Assembly: GCA_025450075.1 (NCBI GenBank)
Contig: JANWIC010000001.1
Location: 1-57,475, forward strand
Direction: 5' to 3'
Length of the DNA: 57,475 bases
DNA from: Patescibacteria group bacterium
Lineage (GTDB): Bacteria > Patescibacteriota > Dojkabacteria > JAKAPS01
Program-made: the position numbers and the translations under genes
Part shown: piece by piece, positions 50,559 through 57,475 of the stretch
How the letters are laid out: the number at the start of each line of letters is the position of its first letter
How positions within the stretch are numbered: the stretch's first letter is position 1
Notes under the pieces: generated by a model
The model's database searches: none
What the model saw: the letters and a program-made list of their open reading frames with translations, nothing else
What the model was told of the DNA's origin: nothing

Positions 50559-52832
50559 ATGCGAAAAAAGGAGTTATCAGTTATTGTTCCTGTCCGAAAT
50601 GAGGAGGGAAATATTTATTCTTTAACAAAGCGTATTGCTCAGGCGTTGGATGGAGAAGGAATTACCTATGAGATTTTATATGTTGATGATCACTCAACAG
50701 ATAATACAAGGTCTCAAATTGCCTCTTTAAGCAATACATATCCCATAAAACTGGTTGACTATGAAGGAAAACCAGGGAAAGCCTATGCATTAATGCATGG
50801 CTTTACCCAAGCAACTTATTCAACAATTGCCATGATTGATGGAGATTTACAATATCCACCAGAAGCATTACCTGGGATGCTGGAAAAATTAGTAAATAAG
50901 AAAGCAGATATTGTTGTTGCAAATAGGATAGAGGCAAATACTCCTCTAGTAAGAAGAGTAGTGAGCAGAGGATTCCATCTTTTCTTTACCAGATTCTTAC
51001 ATAAAATTGATTGTGATACACAATCCGGCTTAAAAGTTTTCAGGAAAGAGATCTTATCACGGTTTAGTCTAAATCCCGCACCCTGGGCATTTGATCTGGA
51101 ATTTCTTATTAAAGCACAGAATGCAGGTTATAAAATAGATACAGTCAATATTGTTTTTGAAAAAAGACAGTCTGGAAACTCAAAACTTCGAGTCATGAAT
51201 GGGTCATATCAAATCGGTAAATCAGCTTTAGCATTATGGATAAAACCTCATGAAATAGTTCCATTCACACCTAAAATGGCAAAGAAAGAAGGAGAAGGAT
51301 TCCATTACAAGGGTCAAAAATTTGTCCATCATACCACATTAGATGTTTCCGAAAGTGCATTGCATCGCGTTACCCCAAAGCAGGTAATTTTCCTTCTTTG
51401 TATTGCTCTGGCTCTCATAATTGATTTAATTATCAACTGGCATGCAACAATTGTTCTTCTTATCGCAGTTTTAACTGCATTATATTTTATTGATCTGCTT
51501 TTTAATCTCTTCTTAATATACAGAAGCTTCTCTAAAACACCAGAAGTACAAATTACAGATGAAGAAATAGAAAAAGTTCAAGAAAGTGCATGGCCTTCAT
51601 ATACTATCTTTTGCCCTCTTTACAAAGAAAGCAATGTTTTACCTCAATTTGTTACAGCAATGAGCCAACTTGAATATCCAAAAGACAAGTTGCAAGTAAT
51701 GTTATTATTGGAAGAAGATGATGCTGAAACAATTAAGGCAGCACAAGATTGCAATCTACCTCAATATTTTGATATTGTAATTGTTCCCCATTCACAACCA
51801 AAAACTAAGCCGAAAGCTTGTAATTATGGACTTACCAAGGCAAGAGGAGAATATGTTGTTATTTATGATGCAGAGGATATTCCTGATCCTAAGCAATTAA
51901 AAAAGGCGGTAATCGCTTTTGAGAAATCAGGACCAAAAGTTAAATGTGTTCAGGCAAAGCTAAATTTTTATAATACGCATCAAAATATTTTAACGAGGGT
52001 ATTTACAGCAGAATATTCCCTTTGGTTTGATTTAGTATTGACAGGACTTCAATCCATAAATGCTCCAATTCCGTTGGGTGGAACTTCAAACCATTTTAAA
52101 ACACAAGATCTTCGATCTTTGCAAGGATGGGATGCATTTAATGTAACAGAAGACTGTGACCTTGGAATGAGGATAGCTAAAAAGGGTTTTCAAACATGTA
52201 TTGTCGATTCAGTAACCCTAGAAGAAGCAAATAGTAATATATTTAACTGGTTTAGACAAAGGACACGATGGATCAAAGGGTATATCCAGACCTACCTTGT
52301 CCATATGCGACGTCCTGGTGAATTTATGAGAGATTTTAAAACTCCGCTTTTTCCTGCTTTCCAACTTATTGTGGGAGGAAAAGTGATGTCTATGTTCATC
52401 AACCCTTTGATGTGGATGATTACCATTAGCTATTTTGCATTCAGGCCCTTTATAGGGAAATTTATTGAATCTTTCTACCCTACACCGGTATTGTATATGG
52501 CAGTATTTTCCTTAATTTTCGGTAACTTTTTGTATTTATACTACTATATGATAGGTTGCGCAAAACGAGGAGATGATGATTTGGTAAAGTATGTTTTTTT
52601 TGTTCCAGTTTATTGGTTGGGAATGAGTATCAGCGCATTTCGTGCAGCAAGTGAAATGCTTTATAAACCGCATTTTTGGGCTAAGACAGTCCATGGACTT
52701 CATTTAAATAACGAAAAATCTAAAGACCAAGCAGAAATGCTTATCGGAAGAGGACTTGTAGACGAAGGGATTTCCAATGCTCATATTACTGTTTCTGCAG
52801 TTTATGCAGATATAGGAGACATTCATCATTAA
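50559..52832 (+). CDS. Double GT2 protein: DPM-synthase-like domain plus processive cellulose-synthase-like domain
   Basis: Domain 1: VDDHSTD, IDGDLQYPPE, DTQSGLK. Domain 2: TKPKACN, YDAED, TEDCDLG, QRTRW, W.KT.HG. Confidence 0.9.
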   Translation: MRKKELSVIVPVRNEEGNIYSLTKRIAQALDGEGITYEILYVDDHSTDNTRSQIASLSNTYPIKLVDYEGKPGKAYALMHGFTQATYSTIAMIDGDLQYPPEALPGMLEKLVNKKADIVVANRIEANTPLVRRVVSRGFHLFFTRFLHKIDCDTQSGLKVFRKEILSRFSLNPAPWAFDLEFLIKAQNAGYKIDTVNIVFEKRQSGNSKLRVMNGSYQIGKSALALWIKPHEIVPFTPKMAKKEGEGFHYKGQKFVHHTTLDVSESALHRVTPKQVIFLLCIALALIIDLIINWHATIVLLIAVLTALYFIDLLFNLFLIYRSFSKTPEVQITDEEIEKVQESAWPSYTIFCPLYKESNVLPQFVTAMSQLEYPKDKLQVMLLLEEDDAETIKAAQDCNLPQYFDIVIVPHSQPKTKPKACNYGLTKARGEYVVIYDAEDIPDPKQLKKAVIAFEKSGPKVKCVQAKLNFYNTHQNILTRVFTAEYSLWFDLVLTGLQSINAPIPLGGTSNHFKTQDLRSLQGWDAFNVTEDCDLGMRIAKKGFQTCIVDSVTLEEANSNIFNWFRQRTRWIKGYIQTYLVHMRRPGEFMRDFKTPLFPAFQLIVGGKVMSMFINPLMWMITISYFAFRPFIGKFIESFYPTPVLYMAVFSLIFGNFLYLYYYMIGCAKRGDDDLVKYVFFVPVYWLGMSISAFRAASEMLYKPHFWAKTVHGLHLNNEKSKDQAEMLIGRGLVDEGISNAHITVSAVYADIGDIHH

Positions 52833-52837
52833 TCATC

Positions 52838-54400
52838 ATGCGTACATTTCTTTATAAGCATTTACTGCTCATTACCGTTGTAATCGCAACAGTATGCAGT
52901 ATTATTGGTTTTATCTATTATTACCATCTAGGGCTTATTGTTCAGTACAATGATTCTGCTTCTCATCTTGATATTGCCCGTAGAATAATAGATTCCCTTA
53001 CTCCAAGTTTTGTGCAAATTGGTAGCACTTGGCTTCCTTTACTACATATTCTTATTCTACCTTTTGTGGCAAATGATTTCTTATGGAAAACCGGAATTGC
53101 CGGCAGTTTTATATCTATGCCCTCCTACATTTTCTCAGCAATTGGAATATTTAAGATTATCGAAGACATTTCTGATGATAAAGTAGCTGCATTTATTGGT
53201 GCATTAGCATTTATCCTTAATGCAAATATGTTGTATATGCAGACGACTCCAATGTTTGAGCCATTATTGATTGTGACTTTTATTTGGTCAATGTATTTCT
53301 TACTCAAATGGAGCAGGAATATGCAAATTGGATATTTGCTTCTAACCGCATTTTTTGTCCTTCTAGCAACTCTTACCAGATATGATGGGTGGTTTTTGTT
53401 TTTAGGAGTTGTTGCACTTGTATTTGGTATAAGCTGGCAAAAAAATGGATATCAATATGCTGAAGGGAAGGTATTACTCTTTTCAGTGCTCGGTGGTTTT
53501 GGTATGTTCTTGTGGCTTTTATATAACCAACTGATTTTTGGAAGCTTTTTATATTTTGCATTTAATCAATATTCTGCTCACAGCCAGCAATTGCTATTAG
53601 AGCAAATGCATCAGTTACCGACTAAACATAATATTATTCTTTCCTTTCTCATATATGGTGAAACTGTCATTTATAATTGTGGGTTATTATTGACAATACT
53701 AGCAATTTTAGGACTTGGATATGTTTTACTTACTAAAAAGAGTAATGTTGTCAAAATAATTCTTCTTGCACTCTTGATACCATTTGTTTTTAATATACTT
53801 GCATTAGAGCAAGGACATTCCGTTATTTGGCTTCCAAACCTACCTCCATTTAATAATACATTTTTTAATGTACGGTATGGTATCTTAATGGTTCCTGTTA
53901 TTGCCATTTTTGTTGGTATCTTATCAGAAAAAAAGACTATTGTAAAAATTCTAGTTACTGTATTGATTCTCTTGCAAGGTATTACATTTTATATGAATAA
54001 TTCATTTGCTTTTAGTTCAAACAATATTGTATTGTTTCGGGACAGTTTAGGAGGAAGAAGTTTTGTTAAAAATGAAACAAGCCAATGGATTCATTCCAAT
54101 TGCGCAGACGGATTAACACTCATAAGTTCTGCTTCAAATGAAGCAATTATTTTTCATAGCGGATTAAGCTTAAAGCACTATATTACAGAAGGAACGGGAT
54201 CATATTGGACAAAATCTTTGGAACATCCTTCCACATTTGCAAAATGTATAGTCATAAGTCACAGCGCTCTAGATGGTGTTCGTAAAGCTATTCTCAAAAA
54301 CGCTAATTTTTACCAGACATTTGCATTTGCAAATTCATTTGACTCTTTAGATGTATATATTCGCTTAGATAATCAATATATCAGAGTAACAGATCAATAA
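52838..54400 (+). CDS. GT-C (PMT/ArnT-like) membrane glycosyltransferase
   Basis: YNDSASHLDIARR, WLPLLH, M.EP, TRYDGW, RYG. Confidence 0.8.
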   Translation: MRTFLYKHLLLITVVIATVCSIIGFIYYYHLGLIVQYNDSASHLDIARRIIDSLTPSFVQIGSTWLPLLHILILPFVANDFLWKTGIAGSFISMPSYIFSAIGIFKIIEDISDDKVAAFIGALAFILNANMLYMQTTPMFEPLLIVTFIWSMYFLLKWSRNMQIGYLLLTAFFVLLATLTRYDGWFLFLGVVALVFGISWQKNGYQYAEGKVLLFSVLGGFGMFLWLLYNQLIFGSFLYFAFNQYSAHSQQLLLEQMHQLPTKHNIILSFLIYGETVIYNCGLLLTILAILGLGYVLLTKKSNVVKIILLALLIPFVFNILALEQGHSVIWLPNLPPFNNTFFNVRYGILMVPVIAIFVGILSEKKTIVKILVTVLILLQGITFYMNNSFAFSSNNIVLFRDSLGGRSFVKNETSQWIHSNCADGLTLISSASNEAIIFHSGLSLKHYITEGTGSYWTKSLEHPSTFAKCIVISHSALDGVRKAILKNANFYQTFAFANSFDSLDVYIRLDNQYIRVTDQ

Positions 54401-54401
54401 A

Positions 54402-55937
54402 ATGAAAAGGTTTCTAAAGTTAGAAAATGGAATACTCGTTTTTGCTTCGATTATCTCTTGTATTGCAATTACCATTTCCTATCGGACGGGGATGTTGTTG
54501 GCATATAACGATGCAACAGCCCATCTAAATACTGCAAGAAGAATATTTGATTCCCTTACACCAGGATTTGTACAGATTGGAAGCGTTTGGCTTCCTCTTC
54601 TTCATATACTTGAAGTCCCTTTTGTTGCCAATGATTTCTTATGGCAATCCGGTCTTGCAGGTTCTATCGTTTCAGCTATAAGTTTTGTACTTAGCGCGCT
54701 GCTTATTTACAAACTTGTCTATTTTATTGCAAAGGATAAATTAGCGGCTTGCATTGGATCTTTAGCATTTATCTTTAATGCAAATATCCTTTACCTGCAA
54801 ACGACTGCAATGTTTGAGCCGTTATTACTTCTTACCGCTTTAGCAACCGTCTATTTCTTGACGAAATGGGCAGTAAATAGTAAGTTACAATCGCTCATTA
54901 TTGGGGCATTTTTTGCTATGCTTGCAACCTTAACTAGGTATGATGGATGGGCATTGTTTTTAGCATCTTCTATTTTTGTTGCTTTAATTTCGCATCTTGG
55001 CCAAAAGAAAAAAGGCAAAGAAGGACTATTGTTAATTTTCCTCGTTTTGGCAGGATTTGGCATCGTCCTCTGGCTTTTATATAACTTGATGATCTTTTCT
55101 GATCCGTTATATTTCCAACATGGTGAATTTTCTGCAGCAGCACAGCAAGCTGTTCTTGCAAGCAGAGGACAGCTGCCAACCAGTCATAATATCATCCTGT
55201 CCCTAGAAACATATAGCCTTACTACACTTCTTAACCTCGGCTTTTTCGGAACAATGCTTATGGTACTTGGAATACTTGTTTTCTTAACAAGGAATTTTAG
55301 GAAGGTATCAAACTTAGGCCCATTGCTATTATTAGTTCCGTTTGTTTTCAATATTTTTGCTTTGTATTTCGGTCAATCAGTAATCTGGATGCCGATGCTT
55401 CCTCCATATTTCCAAACATATTTTAATGCACGATATGGTATTTTAATGCTACCTGCATGTGCGTTCTTTATTGGCTATCTTATAGCAAATCAAAAACTTT
55501 GGCTTAAGGTGATCATAGTTACTCTTATCATTGCACAGGGCTTTGTGTTTATCAGCCCTCTTGTTATTCCATCCTTAAAGGGATATACAGGTATGGTAAC
55601 ATTAAAAGATACAGTATCCTCAGTTAACCAAGATACAGTATTTGCAAGCAGCTATTTGCATGATCATTATTCAGGTGGATTGATTCTTGTCAGTACTGCA
55701 AGCTCTGATTCATTTATATTTCGGGCAGGTTTGCATTTAAATAACTATATTACTGAAGGAACGGCACCATATTGGAAGGAATCGTTAATAAATCCTTCTC
55801 GGTATGCTAGATGGATAGTCTTTTTTCAAAACTATACTGATCGAGTAGGAAAAAGCATGAAGAATTCATCTATATTAAAAAAACAATTTGCTTTAGTGTA
55901 TACAAACAAAACGTATCAAATATGGAAATTAAAGTAA
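54402..55937 (+). CDS. GT-C (PMT/ArnT-like) membrane glycosyltransferase, tandem paralog
   Basis: YNDATAHLNTARR, WLPLLH, MFEP, TRYDGW, RYG. Confidence 0.8.
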   Translation: MKRFLKLENGILVFASIISCIAITISYRTGMLLAYNDATAHLNTARRIFDSLTPGFVQIGSVWLPLLHILEVPFVANDFLWQSGLAGSIVSAISFVLSALLIYKLVYFIAKDKLAACIGSLAFIFNANILYLQTTAMFEPLLLLTALATVYFLTKWAVNSKLQSLIIGAFFAMLATLTRYDGWALFLASSIFVALISHLGQKKKGKEGLLLIFLVLAGFGIVLWLLYNLMIFSDPLYFQHGEFSAAAQQAVLASRGQLPTSHNIILSLETYSLTTLLNLGFFGTMLMVLGILVFLTRNFRKVSNLGPLLLLVPFVFNIFALYFGQSVIWMPMLPPYFQTYFNARYGILMLPACAFFIGYLIANQKLWLKVIIVTLIIAQGFVFISPLVIPSLKGYTGMVTLKDTVSSVNQDTVFASSYLHDHYSGGLILVSTASSDSFIFRAGLHLNNYITEGTAPYWKESLINPSRYARWIVFFQNYTDRVGKSMKNSSILKKQFALVYTNKTYQIWKLK

Positions 55938-57253
55938 TTTTAAAAATTACAATTCTAGCAAGCATCATATTCATGTTCTTCCATAATGCTCCTTCCTATG
56001 CTTCAACTCTTTCAACAAGATTTTGGCAATATCAATGTATAGATACTATGAAGACTTCCCGGGATCGTGCAAGAGTATGGATTCAAGATCCAAAGATGCA
56101 AACATATATTGATAAAGAATTATCTGCTATTGTTGGGATGGGGGGGAATTGTGTTGCAATTGATACTCCATATGACCCAGAGTTTTTGCCTTATCTTGAA
56201 GCATGGGTAAAAGGAGCACGCACCCATCATTTGCATATTTGGTTTCGTGGGGGATTTTCTTCTTGGGAAGGCTGGTTTGATTATCCAGTCGTGACAGATC
56301 CATCCACTTATTTTCCTAAAATCCAAGCCTTTATTACAAAGCATCCCGATCTTTTTATGGTCGGAGATAGCTTTTCAGGATTTGTTGAAGCGGAAAATGG
56401 TGGACCATTTAAAGGAACTGTCCTTGATCAAAAAGATGCATATAGGAGGTTTCTCATACAAGAATTTACGACAGAAGATGCTGCTTTTGCAATTATCCAT
56501 AAGCAGGTGATTACCAATTGGCTTTCCATGAATGGAGGAATTGCAATGAATGTTCTTGATCCAAATACTATTCAGGCTATTCACGGGACAGTAACAATCG
56601 ACCATTATGTCGCTTCAATAGATAAGATGGCAAACGCCATCAACGATATTATCCGAGATTATCATGCAAATATTGTAATAGGTGAATTTGGAGCACCGGT
56701 TCCGCAAATAAATGGTGATATGACAAATACTCAGCAAGCTGATTTTGTCTCGGGGCTACTTAATCAAATGTATCGGTATAAGAATAATGTTATAGGGGTT
56801 AATTATTGGAATCTTTATGATGGTTCAACTGCTTTGTTGCAAGATAACTTTTCATCAAAACCGGTTGTGCAGTCAATCAAAAACTACTTTATCCCTAGTC
56901 TTTTAACGGGAGAAGTAAAAGATGGAATCGGGAATATCCTGCAAGGAGTTCGTGTTGAGCAAAACCCTCAGAACTATGCCTATACTGATGCAAAAGGAAT
57001 CTTTTCACTCACAATACCTGCGGGAAGTGATATGAAAGTTTCTTTTTCCAAAAAGGGATTAACGGGTACTCAGCAAGAGGTAACTCTACAAAGCGGAAAT
57101 ACTACAAACATTGATGTCACCATGAATCCTGCTCATACTGGATTGTCATATACGTTCCATGTTGCAGAATATGCTGTGAAAAGGTTATTTATTGCTGCAG
57201 AGGATGCGTTTTCTAAAGTATGGGTGCCATTGTTTAACCTCATTATGCTTTAA
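55922..57253 (+). CDS. Secreted glycoside-hydrolase-like TIM barrel plus carboxypeptidase-regulatory-like beta domain
   Basis: Signal peptide; EAENG, IDHY, IGEFG, GVNYW; then G.V.D..G..L.GV.V......TD..G.F.L. Confidence 0.65.
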   Translation: MEIKVILKITILASIIFMFFHNAPSYASTLSTRFWQYQCIDTMKTSRDRARVWIQDPKMQTYIDKELSAIVGMGGNCVAIDTPYDPEFLPYLEAWVKGARTHHLHIWFRGGFSSWEGWFDYPVVTDPSTYFPKIQAFITKHPDLFMVGDSFSGFVEAENGGPFKGTVLDQKDAYRRFLIQEFTTEDAAFAIIHKQVITNWLSMNGGIAMNVLDPNTIQAIHGTVTIDHYVASIDKMANAINDIIRDYHANIVIGEFGAPVPQINGDMTNTQQADFVSGLLNQMYRYKNNVIGVNYWNLYDGSTALLQDNFSSKPVVQSIKNYFIPSLLTGEVKDGIGNILQGVRVEQNPQNYAYTDAKGIFSLTIPAGSDMKVSFSKKGLTGTQQEVTLQSGNTTNIDVTMNPAHTGLSYTFHVAEYAVKRLFIAAEDAFSKVWVPLFNLIML

Positions 57254-57410
57254 AAAGTATCATATTCTGCCACTTCTTCAGATGATGTTGATATGAAATG
57301 TCTCATTTGGTATAATCATTGAGTATAAAACTTAATCATAAACACCTATTCGGGGGGTATAAGAAATTATGCTCTCTGAATCTTACTTGTTTTGGAGGTT
57401 TTTAACCTTT

Positions 57411-57475
57411 ATGAAAAATTCGATATTTGGAGTCCTATTGGCAATTTTTGCTATCGGACTTTTTGCGTGCCTTAA
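57411..57475 (+). CDS. Start of a secreted or membrane protein (truncated by the window edge)
   Basis: MKNSIFGVLLAIFAIGLFACL..., GGAGG upstream; an in-frame ATG also lies at 57369. Confidence 0.45.
   Translation, partial: MKNSIFGVLLAIFAIGLFACL

Overview
AT-rich, gene-dense bacterial window (standard genetic code). It reads like a Patescibacteria/CPR genome; this is an inference from cohesin/dockerin and WxL-like surface proteins, many GT-C enzymes and leaderless-type starts. Housekeeping genes are mltG, ruvX, alaS and tRNA-Cys(GCA). The rest is mostly cell-surface genes: a cohesin-dockerin/WxL-like cluster, two copies of a 'secreted Ser/Thr-rich protein + DUF2723 glycosyltransferase' module, many GT1/GT2/GT4/GT-C genes, a flippase and several peptidases. 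The standout is an F-type ATPase operon (38641->30989, minus strand) in the order E*-F-H-A-G-D-C. Its first gene is a 701-aa signal-peptide/Ig-repeat protein ending in an ATP synthase subunit c hairpin that has Leu in place of the ion-binding carboxylate. There is no subunit a (atpB) in the operon or the window, the F1 catalytic motifs are intact, and epsilon lacks its inhibitory tail. This suggests an ion-uncoupled, ATP-driven rotary device carrying extracellular Ig stalks. All family calls are from motif recognition; no database searches were run.
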